Shown piece by piece: positions 1-8,918 of a stretch of DNA of 64,000 nucleotides. The DNA is from Rhodoluna sp. (GTDB taxonomy: Bacteria > Actinomycetota > Actinomycetes > Actinomycetales > Microbacteriaceae). Within the stretch, counting starts at the first letter, position 1, and each line of letters begins with the position of its first letter. Below the pieces are notes generated by a model. It did not search any database, was not told the origin of the DNA, and was given only the letters and a program-made list of their open reading frames with translations. The position numbers and the translations under genes are program-made. The DNA is taken from NCBI GenBank assembly GCA_044345905.1, contig JBIJAF010000001.1, positions 20,305 to 84,304 of the forward strand. The letters run 5' to 3'.

Positions 1-47
1 GCAAAACTAGCAAATAGAGTGGCAAACTATCGGCAGAAGGATTGAAA

Positions 48-1052
48 ATGGCGGATTTACGAATAACTGGCGTTACTAACAACCAGCTCGAGCTACAGGC
101 TCCTGATGGTACGCGCCACTACCTAGAGATTTCACCTGACTTGTTGAAAGCAATGAAATCACGCCCAGCAGAGCTTCCCCCAACACTTACCCCTAGAGAG
201 ATTCAGGCTGAGATTCGTTTAGGGACAACAGTTGCTGAACTGGTTGATAGAACCGGTGCTGATGAAGATCAGGTAGCCAAATATGCAGCCCCGATCCTCA
301 CTGAACTGAAACACATCGTTACTTTAGCTAGAAACATCAGACTCTCTCTAGCTGGAGATAGATTCACAGATCCAACTCAGATTGAATTTGGAACCGTAAT
401 GGACGAGCGTCTGGCCAACAACAGAGCAAAAGATGTTTCTTGGGTTTCCAAGAAAACTGTTGAAGGTGTTTGGTTAGTTTCTGCTGAATACAAAATTGAT
501 TCAGAGCCTGGGATTGCTACCTGGTCTTTCGAGCCAAAGGCTCTTTCTCTTGTTCCGGAGAATCAAAGTGCACTTCTGCTTTCAAACGCATCTCCGTTGA
601 GCTTGATTGAAAGCACTCCAAAGATAAAAACTGAACAGGTTATGCATCCAACCGTTTCAGCAGCACAACCTGAAACTCTTGAAGAAGAAACACAACCTGT
701 AACAACTGGACTATCAGTAGTTCCTGAACTAATTGAAGAAGTTCCAGCTGAGCAAAATCAAACTGAAGTCATCTCAATTGTCGAAACAGAAACTAGAGCA
801 ACATTCCACGTTGTAGATGGTGTTCAAGAAGAATTTGAATCAGAAGAGATCTACTCTCAGGAAAGAGAAGACTTAGCTGAAGAACTCTTTGTAGAAGAAA
901 CTGAAGTTATTGAATCTTTCATTATTGAAGAAACAACTGTTGCGCCTGTAACTGAACCTGAAGCACCTGTAGTGCAAGCACCACCAATTCAGAGCACATC
1001 AAGGTGGGCTGAGGTTCTATTCGGCACTAAAGACGAAGAAGACGACAAGTAA
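48..1052 (+). CDS. sepH: Septation protein SepH-like (DUF3071-type N-terminus)
   Basis: The N-terminus MADLRITGV..LELQAPDGTRHYLEISPDLL is typical of actinobacterial DUF3071/SepH. A long acidic E/V/T-rich linker follows, then the conserved C-terminal patch SRWAEVLFG. ATG at 48 is preceded by GAAGGA; the ORF track begins at TTG 42. Confidence 0.65.
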   Translation: MADLRITGVTNNQLELQAPDGTRHYLEISPDLLKAMKSRPAELPPTLTPREIQAEIRLGTTVAELVDRTGADEDQVAKYAAPILTELKHIVTLARNIRLSLAGDRFTDPTQIEFGTVMDERLANNRAKDVSWVSKKTVEGVWLVSAEYKIDSEPGIATWSFEPKALSLVPENQSALLLSNASPLSLIESTPKIKTEQVMHPTVSAAQPETLEEETQPVTTGLSVVPELIEEVPAEQNQTEVISIVETETRATFHVVDGVQEEFESEEIYSQEREDLAEELFVEETEVIESFIIEETTVAPVTEPEAPVVQAPPIQSTSRWAEVLFGTKDEEDDK

Positions 1053-2165
1053 CTAAAAGCCAACAGCAATTAGCGGAATACTCATTTCCTGCTGGGTAAT
1101 TGAACCGTGGTGTCCAATCATCTCCAAGGATTTCTTCTTTGCAAACTCACGATGATAAAGAGCAACTTCCTTCTTTGCCAAAATCAAAATGTCAGGGACT
1201 GCATCTCTCTCGATCTCCTTAGGCCAATACCCTGCTTCAATTAGCGCTTCTGGAGTGATGACATAGCAGCTATCCCCCACAGCCTCTTTCAGCTTCTCGA
1301 CATAGATCTCAGTAGTTGATGAATCTGCCAGGTAAAGATAAAGCGCTCTTGTGTCACCACCAACATCAATCAGGGCTTCCTTGTCTATGTGCAGATCAAC
1401 GTAAACGTGATTAGCGTGTTGGACATCAATAACTCCGTGATCAGCTGTTACCAGTAATGCTGAATGCTTATTCAAACTGCTTGTTAGAGCTGATACTTCA
1501 GCATCAATGTCTTCCAGCTTGGTTAGCCAAGCTTGAGACTGCCAACCTTTAGCATGAGCTAACTGGTCTAGTTCTGGGATATAAAGATAGATAACCTTCT
1601 GGTTCGGCTCTGCCAGAAGTTTCTTAGCTATCTCAAATCGTTCAGCAAGGGATTTAGTCCCATGAAATTCACTCCCACGCATGGTGGCAGCAGTGAAACC
1701 TGAATCTTCATAAGCAGCAGGTGCCACAGTGTGAAACTCAACTGATTTTTCAAGTGCCAATTCAGAAACAGTCTTTAGGGTTTGAAACTCTCGAGCGGAT
1801 TCACTGCTCTCCCACCCAGTTAGAAGATTTCTTTTTGTTTGTGTCTCTCTTTCAAAGATCTGGTAGCCAATGAACTTGTTCTCCCATGGGGGCTTACCTG
1901 TCGAGAAGGAAACAATGCTTGACGCAGTAGTTGCCGGAAAGTAGCAGGAAGCTGGTATCGAGGTTCGTGAGTTTAGAAAACCTGCATGTGCCCCAGAAGA
2001 CTTTAGATTGTTTGAGCCAAGTCCGTCTATGAGAATTACGCATACTGAACGCTTCTTCGAAAGATTGAGGGGGTTTGGTTCCCCAAGAACGCTACCCAAG
2101 GCACTTATCAACACATCGCCGAGCATCCCAAAGGATTTAGGAGGGGCAGGTAACATCGAAGACAT
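1053..2165 (-). CDS. Alkaline phosphatase family protein (type I phosphodiesterase/nucleotide pyrophosphatase fold)
   Basis: 370-aa ORF with metal and nucleophile motifs ILIDGLGSNN, FPATTASS, TADHGVIDV and GHHGS. Its stop codon directly abuts the sepH stop (1050-1055 TAACTA). Confidence 0.7.
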   Translation of the reverse strand: MSSMLPAPPKSFGMLGDVLISALGSVLGEPNPLNLSKKRSVCVILIDGLGSNNLKSSGAHAGFLNSRTSIPASCYFPATTASSIVSFSTGKPPWENKFIGYQIFERETQTKRNLLTGWESSESAREFQTLKTVSELALEKSVEFHTVAPAAYEDSGFTAATMRGSEFHGTKSLAERFEIAKKLLAEPNQKVIYLYIPELDQLAHAKGWQSQAWLTKLEDIDAEVSALTSSLNKHSALLVTADHGVIDVQHANHVYVDLHIDKEALIDVGGDTRALYLYLADSSTTEIYVEKLKEAVGDSCYVITPEALIEAGYWPKEIERDAVPDILILAKKEVALYHREFAKKKSLEMIGHHGSITQQEMSIPLIAVGF

Positions 2166-2207
2166 AGAGATAAGTCTGCCACAGCCCTTTTAGCCACTAG
2201 AAAGATC

Positions 2208-4634
2208 ATGACTAATAAGAAGCCTGAAAATCGATTCCCAGATGAACGAATCGTAGACATTGCTCTAACCCAAGAACTAAGCGACTCATTCCTCGAGTAC
2301 TCATATTCCGTTATCTACGCGAGAGCTCTGCCAGATGCCAGAGATGGACTAAAGCCTGTTCAAAGAAGAATCATCTTCCAGATGGGTGAGATGGGCCTGA
2401 AGCCAGATCGAGGACACGTAAAGTCTGCTCGTGTTGTTGGTGAGGTTATGGGAAAGCTTCACCCTCACGGTGATGGAGCCATCTATGACGCCATGGTGAG
2501 AATGTCCCAGGCATTCACCCTTAGAGTTCCAATGATTGATGGTCATGGAAACTTTGGTTCCTTAGATGATGGCCCAGCTGCTTCTCGTTATACAGAAACA
2601 AGACTTGCTGCCGCTGCTCTGATCATGAACGAAGGTCTAGACGAGGACGTAGTCGATTTCAAACCAAACTACGATGCTCAGCTTTCTGAACCGGAAGTTC
2701 TACCTGCAGCATTCCCTAATCTTCTAGTAAATGGATCATCGGGTATTGCCGTTGGTATGGCAACTAACATGGCTCCACACAACATGCGTGAAGTTATTGC
2801 CGGTGCAATTCACCTACTTAGCAATCCAAAGGCAACTTCAGCTGACCTAATGAAGTTCATTCTTGGTCCTGATCTGCCTTCAGGTGGCATCATCATGGGA
2901 ACCGAAGGAATCACCGAAGCCTATGAAACAGGACGAGGATCTTTCAAGACCCGTGCGAAAGTTTCTATCGAGAGCGTTTCACCAAGAAAACTTGCTTTGG
3001 TTGTTACCGAGCTCCCATACCTAGTTGGCCCTGAACGAATCATTGAAAAGATCAAGGACGGCGTAAATAGCAAGAAGCTTCAGGGTATTTCTGATGTTAT
3101 TGACCTTACTGACAGAACAAACGGTCTAAAGCTGGTCATTGAACTAAAGACAGGCTTTGATCCAAACGTCGTCTTAGATCTTCTCTACAGGTTCACTCCA
3201 CTAGAAGATTCATTCAGCATCAACAACGTAGCTCTAGTTGATGGCAGACCTGAAACCCTAGGTCTTAGAGACATGCTCGGTGTTTACTTAGCTCACCGAG
3301 TTGTTGTTATCAAACGTCGCACAGAGAACCGTTTGGGCAAGAAACTTGCTCGTCTTCACCTTGTTGAAGGTTTGCTAAAGGCAATTCTTAGCATTGACGA
3401 AGTCATCAAGATTATTCGTGCAGCAGATGAGGTAGATGATGCTCGGAAGAAGTTGATGTCTAAGTTCACACTCTCAGAGATTCAGGCTGAATACATCCTT
3501 GAACTGAAACTTCGCAGACTTACTAAGTTCTCAAAGCTTGAACTTGAGAATGAGAGCAAGACATTAGCTAAGGAAATTGCTGACCTAAAGAAGATTCTTT
3601 CTGCAGATAAGAACCTAAGAGATGTAGTAGCGGCTGAGCTTGAAGAAGTGTCTGCAAAGTATGGTGACGATCGCCGTTCAACCATTAGCGATGGCATCAC
3701 TGAGGTCAAGCCAGTAAGTTCTGCTAAGGCTGCTGCTATTGATGCTCAGCTTGCTGACTCCCCTTGCTTCATTGTGCTAACTGCAAGCGGACAGGTGCTT
3801 AGAACAGCTCTTGAACCAGTAGCAACTGCGAAGCGTAAGAAGCACGATGCACTTAGAGCAGTCATCTCAAGCACAACTAGAAGTTACATCGGGTTCCTAA
3901 CCTCTGATGGTGTGATGCACCGAGTTCACGCAGGAGACATTCCAGGTAGTGAAGGTGGATTTGAGGTTTCAGATTCAGTCTCCGCTTCTGAATTCTTAGG
4001 ACTTCCAAAAGCAATCAAACTTGTTGGAGTATTCGAACTAACCGACAAGACAGTTATCGCAATTGGAACCCAGGCTGGTGTTGTAAAACGTCTAAGCCCA
4101 GATTTTATAGAGAAGACAGAGTTTGAAGTTATTTCTCTAAAGAGTGGCGACTTGGTAGTCGGTGCTGAAGTTAGCTCCGAAAAAGACACACTTGTTTTCA
4201 TAACTGACGATGCACAACTACTTAGATTCGAAGCAAGCAGTGTTCGACCTCAGGGTCGTGGAGCTGCTGGTATGGCTGGTATCAAGCTCTCTGACGGTGC
4301 CAAGGCAATCTACTTCACCTCGATCAAGGTAACAAAAGACACCCAGGTTCTAACAGCAGCAAACAATAGTGAATCTCTAGGTGCTGTTGATGCTGGAAGT
4401 GCAAAGATCACTGAGATGTCTGAATTCCCTGCCAAGGGTAGAGCTACCGGTGGTGTGAGAGCACAGAAGTTCATCAGAGATGAGAACCAGTTGTACTTTG
4501 CCTACGTGGGTAACTCGCCGATTCTTGGTTCAGCATCATCAGGTAAGCCTCTTGAGACACCTGAGTATCTAGGTAAGAGAGATGCTTCTGGAACACCCCT
4601 TAGCTCAACTATTGTTTCAGCGGGAAGAGACTAA
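2208..4634 (+). CDS. parC: Type IIA DNA topoisomerase subunit A, topoisomerase IV-like
   Basis: 808-aa ORF with DGLKPVQRRI and the active-site Tyr motif AASRYTETRL. I saw no GyrA-box-like QRRGGKG in the C-terminal domain. It is paired convergently with a B subunit, away from a dnaA/gyrB context. Confidence 0.8.
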   Translation: MTNKKPENRFPDERIVDIALTQELSDSFLEYSYSVIYARALPDARDGLKPVQRRIIFQMGEMGLKPDRGHVKSARVVGEVMGKLHPHGDGAIYDAMVRMSQAFTLRVPMIDGHGNFGSLDDGPAASRYTETRLAAAALIMNEGLDEDVVDFKPNYDAQLSEPEVLPAAFPNLLVNGSSGIAVGMATNMAPHNMREVIAGAIHLLSNPKATSADLMKFILGPDLPSGGIIMGTEGITEAYETGRGSFKTRAKVSIESVSPRKLALVVTELPYLVGPERIIEKIKDGVNSKKLQGISDVIDLTDRTNGLKLVIELKTGFDPNVVLDLLYRFTPLEDSFSINNVALVDGRPETLGLRDMLGVYLAHRVVVIKRRTENRLGKKLARLHLVEGLLKAILSIDEVIKIIRAADEVDDARKKLMSKFTLSEIQAEYILELKLRRLTKFSKLELENESKTLAKEIADLKKILSADKNLRDVVAAELEEVSAKYGDDRRSTISDGITEVKPVSSAKAAAIDAQLADSPCFIVLTASGQVLRTALEPVATAKRKKHDALRAVISSTTRSYIGFLTSDGVMHRVHAGDIPGSEGGFEVSDSVSASEFLGLPKAIKLVGVFELTDKTVIAIGTQAGVVKRLSPDFIEKTEFEVISLKSGDLVVGAEVSSEKDTLVFITDDAQLLRFEASSVRPQGRGAAGMAGIKLSDGAKAIYFTSIKVTKDTQVLTAANNSESLGAVDAGSAKITEMSEFPAKGRATGGVRAQKFIRDENQLYFAYVGNSPILGSASSGKPLETPEYLGKRDASGTPLSSTIVSAGRD

Positions 4635-6712
4635 GCGTCGATTCTTTCGCGTTCAAAAGATTCGGCTTTATCAACAATGAAGTCTCTTCTTGGAGCAACT
4701 TCATTGCCCATGAGAAGTTCAAACATCTTCTCTGCTGCAGCTAGATCATCTACTGTCACGCGACGAAGTGAACGACTCTTTCGATCCATGGTTGTTTCAG
4801 CAAGCTGATCTGCATCCATCTCACCTAGACCCTTGTATCGCTGGATAGGTTCTTGATACTTCTTGCCCGCTTTAGAAAGCTTTGCGAGCAAAGCTTCTAG
4901 TTCTGGCTGCGAGTAAGTGTAGATAGTCTCGTTTGCCTTTGAACCAGGGTTAATGACAACTACACGGTGAAGTGGTGGAACAGCAGCAAAGACTCTTCCG
5001 TCTTCAACTAGAGGCCGCATGTATTTGTAGAAAAGAGTCAGAAGAAGAGTTCTAATGTGAGCACCGTCAACATCCGCATCGCTCATCAGAATGATCTTGC
5101 CGTAACGAGCAGATGCTAAATCAAATGATCTTCCAGAACCTGCACCAAGCACCTGAATGATTGATGCGCATTCAACGTTATTGAGCATGTCCGTAATGGC
5201 AGCTTTTTGAACGTTCAGGATCTTTCCTCTAATTGGAAGCAGTGCTTGGAACTCGCTATTTCGAGCGAGCTTGGCAGTTCCAAGAGCAGATTCACCCTCA
5301 ACGATGATTAGTTCTGAGTCGAGTGTGTCCTGAGTTCTGCAGTCAACAAGCTTTGTAGGAAGAGAAGAAGACTCGAGCGCTGTTTTTCTTCGTTGAGTTT
5401 CTTTGTGGGTTCTGGCTGAGATACGAGACTTCATCTCGTTCACAACCTTCTCAAGTACCAGAGCGGTTTGAGCCTTGTCTTCACGCTTTGAAGAATTGAA
5501 GCGATCGGTTAGAGCTTTTGCTACCACGGTTGAGACGATGTTCTTGATTGCAGGTGTTCCAAGGATTTCCTTGGTCTGTCCTTCGAACTGAGGTTCAGCT
5601 ATTCGGACTGTAACTACTGCGGTAAGACCTGCAGTTACATCTTCCTTTTCAATCTTTTCGCTACCTAGTTTGAATTTTCTAGAGTTAGCATCTGCCTGTG
5701 CTCTTAAAACCTTTAGAAGTGCTTGTTCAAATCCTTGAAGGTGAGTTCCGCCCTTAGGGGTAGCAATAATGTTTACGAAGCTCTTGATTTCTGTGTCGTA
5801 GTCGGTTCCCCAGCGAACAACTACATCAACTTCACAAGTTCGCTGAACTTCTTTAGATTCCATGTTGCCTGCTGCATTTAGAACAGGAACTGTTTCTGTG
5901 TAAGCACCATTGCCGCTAAGTCTCCAGACGTTGCTTAGAGGTGCATCCTTGGCAAGGAAGTCAACGAACTCAACGATTCCGCCTTGGTACAAGAACTCGT
6001 GAACAACTGCTTTTCCAGATCTCTGATCTGAAACAACCAGCTTCAGTCCTGGCACTAAGAATGCGGTTTGTCTCGCTCTAGCAAGAATGTCTTCTAGTTC
6101 AAACTCTGCGCCTTTAACGAATATTTGAGGGTCAGACCAGAATCTAACTCTTGAACCAGTCTTGCCCTTAGCAACCTTGCCAATTTCGCGAAGGATGCTC
6201 TTGTCCTTGAAAGCTTTGAATGGGTTCTCAGGTGCAATGGATTTCTTGTCATCGAATAGACCAGGTGCTCCTCGTTGGAAGGACATCGCCCATGTCTTGC
6301 CATCTCTATCAACTTCAACATCTAGACGCTGAGACAGGGCATTTACAACAGAAGCTCCAACACCATGCAAACCACCTGAGGCTGCGTATGAACCGCTTCC
6401 GAACTTACCTCCGGCATGAAGCTTGGTGAACACCACTTCAACACCAGAAAGACCTGTTTTTGGCTCAATGTCTACAGGAATACCACGAGCTGTGTCTGAG
6501 ATCTCAACGCTGCCATCTTTATGAAGAACAATGCCAATGAGCTTTCCATGACCCGCCAGAGCTTCGTCAACAGAGTTATCAATGATTTCCCATAGACAGT
6601 GCATGAGTCCACGGCTATCGGTAGAACCGATATACATACCAGGACGTTTACGAACCGCCTCTAAGCCTTCAAGTACGGATAGATGTCTGGCGGAATAGTC
6701 GTTTGAAGGCAT
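4631..6712 (-). CDS. parE: Type IIA DNA topoisomerase subunit B, topoisomerase IV-like
   Basis: 693-aa ORF with GHKL ATPase motifs (MYIGSTD, GGLHGVGASVVNALS), Toprim motifs EGESALGTAK and MSDADVDGAHI. Its stop overlaps the parC stop (CTAA at 4631-4634). Confidence 0.8.
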   Translation of the reverse strand: MPSNDYSARHLSVLEGLEAVRKRPGMYIGSTDSRGLMHCLWEIIDNSVDEALAGHGKLIGIVLHKDGSVEISDTARGIPVDIEPKTGLSGVEVVFTKLHAGGKFGSGSYAASGGLHGVGASVVNALSQRLDVEVDRDGKTWAMSFQRGAPGLFDDKKSIAPENPFKAFKDKSILREIGKVAKGKTGSRVRFWSDPQIFVKGAEFELEDILARARQTAFLVPGLKLVVSDQRSGKAVVHEFLYQGGIVEFVDFLAKDAPLSNVWRLSGNGAYTETVPVLNAAGNMESKEVQRTCEVDVVVRWGTDYDTEIKSFVNIIATPKGGTHLQGFEQALLKVLRAQADANSRKFKLGSEKIEKEDVTAGLTAVVTVRIAEPQFEGQTKEILGTPAIKNIVSTVVAKALTDRFNSSKREDKAQTALVLEKVVNEMKSRISARTHKETQRRKTALESSSLPTKLVDCRTQDTLDSELIIVEGESALGTAKLARNSEFQALLPIRGKILNVQKAAITDMLNNVECASIIQVLGAGSGRSFDLASARYGKIILMSDADVDGAHIRTLLLTLFYKYMRPLVEDGRVFAAVPPLHRVVVINPGSKANETIYTYSQPELEALLAKLSKAGKKYQEPIQRYKGLGEMDADQLAETTMDRKSRSLRRVTVDDLAAAEKMFELLMGNEVAPRRDFIVDKAESFERERIDA

Positions 6713-6839
6713 GCTTCAACCCTAAGCAGAACCGCCCATTTCAAGGGCTAAAGACACTCTTCCAGTGAAAAACTATTCGCAGATAGCGAAATAGGGGCAA
6801 ATCAGGAAGAAAGCGAGCCTGTTCTGTGTTGTAGTAGTC

Positions 6840-7073
6840 ATGGAGGAACTAATGGAACAGACTGAAAGCACCAACGAAGCGGTAGAAGAGACAACGAATC
6901 TGCCAGCACTAACAGCAGCGGATCGTTGCGACATTTGTGGAGCTCAAGCGTTCATCCGCGTAGTTCTTGCCACTGGCGATCTAGTTTTCTGTGGTCACCA
7001 CGGAACAGCCAACAAAGACAAGCTCAAGCCAATTGCCATCACCTGGCAGGACGAGACAGACAAACTCAACTAG
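6840..7073 (+). CDS. Small conserved Cys/His protein (possibly DUF7455-type)
   Basis: 77-aa ORF with an acidic N-terminus followed by CDICGAQAFIRV....FCGHHG, a CxxC...CxHH pattern. It resembles small actinobacterial proteins found near the principal sigma factor gene; this is recognition from memory only. Confidence 0.5.
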   Translation: MEELMEQTESTNEAVEETTNLPALTAADRCDICGAQAFIRVVLATGDLVFCGHHGTANKDKLKPIAITWQDETDKLN

Positions 7074-7663
7074 TCTTCAAAAGCTGTCTTTCGACTAACT
7101 TCGGCAAGCTCACTAATTTTAGAGAAGTGCTCATTCTTGGGCTCTAATCCTTCAATCAATGAACCTAAGAACTTATCTGCAAGATCTGGGTTCTTTGCAA
7201 AAACAGGGCCATGAAAAAGAGTGAACAGAGAATTCTGAATCCATCGAATTGGTTCAAGCTCCGCTTCACTATTTATATAACCGACAATTCCGTCGTGGTC
7301 TTTGAACTCACTCACTCTTTCAGAGTGCTTCACAACTACACCTTCAATTGCTTCAATAAGAATTTCATAGCCACTGGAAACTGCCATGACTCTAGAACCA
7401 CTTGCTACAAGTGCTGCAACTGATGGAATAAGTTCAGGAGCAATGTCTTCTAGCTGAGCCCGTGCATCTCTTGAACCATGGCCTAGAAGAACTACATCGA
7501 ACTTTGTAAGGTCAGTTGACTTCTCAACATAAACAACTTCAGCGTCTAGTCCGTACCATTCAAGTCTCTTCTGAAGAACAGCTAGGTTCGCCAAATCACC
7601 ATTGAGATTCAAATGGTTTGGATAGAGAGCTGCTAGTCGAATTACTTTAGACACGATCCACAT
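7070..7663 (-). CDS. gatD: GatD-like glutamine amidotransferase subunit of lipid II isoglutaminyl synthase (atypical, Cys-free)
   Basis: 197-aa ORF overlapping the murT stop. CobQ/GatD-type motifs are present: LNLNGDLANLAVL, LLGHGSRDA, FHGPVFAKNPDLAD. The expected CGGxQ nucleophile motif reads SSGYE. The start may be GTG 7654 rather than ATG 7663. Confidence 0.7.
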   Translation of the reverse strand: MWIVSKVIRLAALYPNHLNLNGDLANLAVLQKRLEWYGLDAEVVYVEKSTDLTKFDVVLLGHGSRDARAQLEDIAPELIPSVAALVASGSRVMAVSSGYEILIEAIEGVVVKHSERVSEFKDHDGIVGYINSEAELEPIRWIQNSLFTLFHGPVFAKNPDLADKFLGSLIEGLEPKNEHFSKISELAEVSRKTAFED

Positions 7664-8915
7664 CCTCTGGATCGGTAAAGCCTAGGTATCTGCGCATTCT
7701 TCTCATCGCATCAGCGCTATAGATTACTGTCTTGATTCCACTACTAGGTCTATCAAGTGCGAAGAAAGAATCGATTGCCTGGAAATACTCCGGTTCCACA
7801 CATTCAACCGCGACATCGTTGTAGGCAAGTAAAAGAGCTGCGTCAGCATAGTTGAATCCACTAACAGTGTGAACTCGCTTTAGTTTCTTGAAGTCCACAG
7901 TCCACATCCATGAAGGATCGTGGACATCTCTGCCGATAGCAAAGAAAACTTGCTCTTGATCAAGTGAGAGATTGTCGATGTTCAACTGCATGCTCACAGG
8001 GTTCTGAACCAAAATGAATTCGCAAGGTTCACCATTTACCTCTTTGATTTCTCCTCTTGAAAACACAGGAGGCAAAGAGTTCAATGTCTCTGAAGCAAGT
8101 TTCAAATCAAAAGTGTCTCCGAGGATTTCCTTAGCTGCTGTGAGTGCGGCTAAAGCATCCATCGCAAAGTGAACTCCCCTACTAGGAAGCTCGATACTAG
8201 TTTTCTCACCGTGAAGTTCTAATTCAAGTTTGCGCTCTTCAAGGGTGAGAGCTGTGCATACCGGTGCAGGTTTAGGCAAGCTGTCTTGGTAGGTCGGTGC
8301 GTAGGCCATGCTTGATCCAACACTCGCATCAAGCTCTTTGCCAAGACCAAAGAACAGGGCATCTGATTTGACTTCATCTGCAATCAACAGACAGTTCTGA
8401 TCGTCAGCGTTGAGAATCAAAGATCCGTAGGTTGCTTTAGCAACATCAACCAGTTTTTCTCTAACCAATGCAGGATCAACAAATCTGTCCAACTGATCTT
8501 CAAACACATTGAGGATTACTGAAGTCTTTGGTTTTACTTTCTCAACTACCTGAGCGGCGTGACCTTCATCCATCTCAAGGATTGCAATGTCTGCCTTGAC
8601 CTTGCCAAATAGATTCGCTTGTCTAACAATCGTGCTGAAGAATCCCTGTTCAATGTTGGCAGTTGATGGATTAGTAAAGACATTGAGACCGTGAGCTCTA
8701 GCAATTGCTACAAGCATCTTGGTAGTTGTTGACTTGCCTGCGGTGCCAGTAACTACCACTAAGCCTCTTTCAAAAGAGTTCAGTGTTTTATAGACAAGCT
8801 TTGGTGCTAACTTGCTCACCACAAGACCAGGCAATGCAGAACCGCCACCTGGTCTAACTAGTCGAACCGCAATACGAACCAAGCGGCCAACTAGCAGTGC
8901 TGGTAGATAACGCAA
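7647..8915 (-). CDS. murT: MurT, Mur-ligase-family subunit of lipid II isoglutaminyl synthase
   Basis: 422-aa ORF with the Mur ligase P-loop TGTAGKSTTTKM, ILEMDEGH, and the C-terminal DUF1727-like IGRDVHDPSWMWTVDF. It starts at TTG, 3 nt after the sigA stop, and is paired with gatD. Confidence 0.8.
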   Translation of the reverse strand: MRYLPALLVGRLVRIAVRLVRPGGGSALPGLVVSKLAPKLVYKTLNSFERGLVVVTGTAGKSTTTKMLVAIARAHGLNVFTNPSTANIEQGFFSTIVRQANLFGKVKADIAILEMDEGHAAQVVEKVKPKTSVILNVFEDQLDRFVDPALVREKLVDVAKATYGSLILNADDQNCLLIADEVKSDALFFGLGKELDASVGSSMAYAPTYQDSLPKPAPVCTALTLEERKLELELHGEKTSIELPSRGVHFAMDALAALTAAKEILGDTFDLKLASETLNSLPPVFSRGEIKEVNGEPCEFILVQNPVSMQLNIDNLSLDQEQVFFAIGRDVHDPSWMWTVDFKKLKRVHTVSGFNYADAALLLAYNDVAVECVEPEYFQAIDSFFALDRPSSGIKTVIYSADAMRRMRRYLGFTDPEDVDRV

Positions 8916-8918
8916 AGG

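Noticed and set aside
5245-5275. ParE Toprim motif reads EGESALG instead of the canonical EGDSAGG
   Set aside because: The Asp-to-Glu change is conservative, the catalytic Glu and the DxDxD motif are intact, and I believe SALG-type variants occur in actinobacterial topo IV-like B subunits. I do not consider it evidence of inactivation. The coordinates are approximate.
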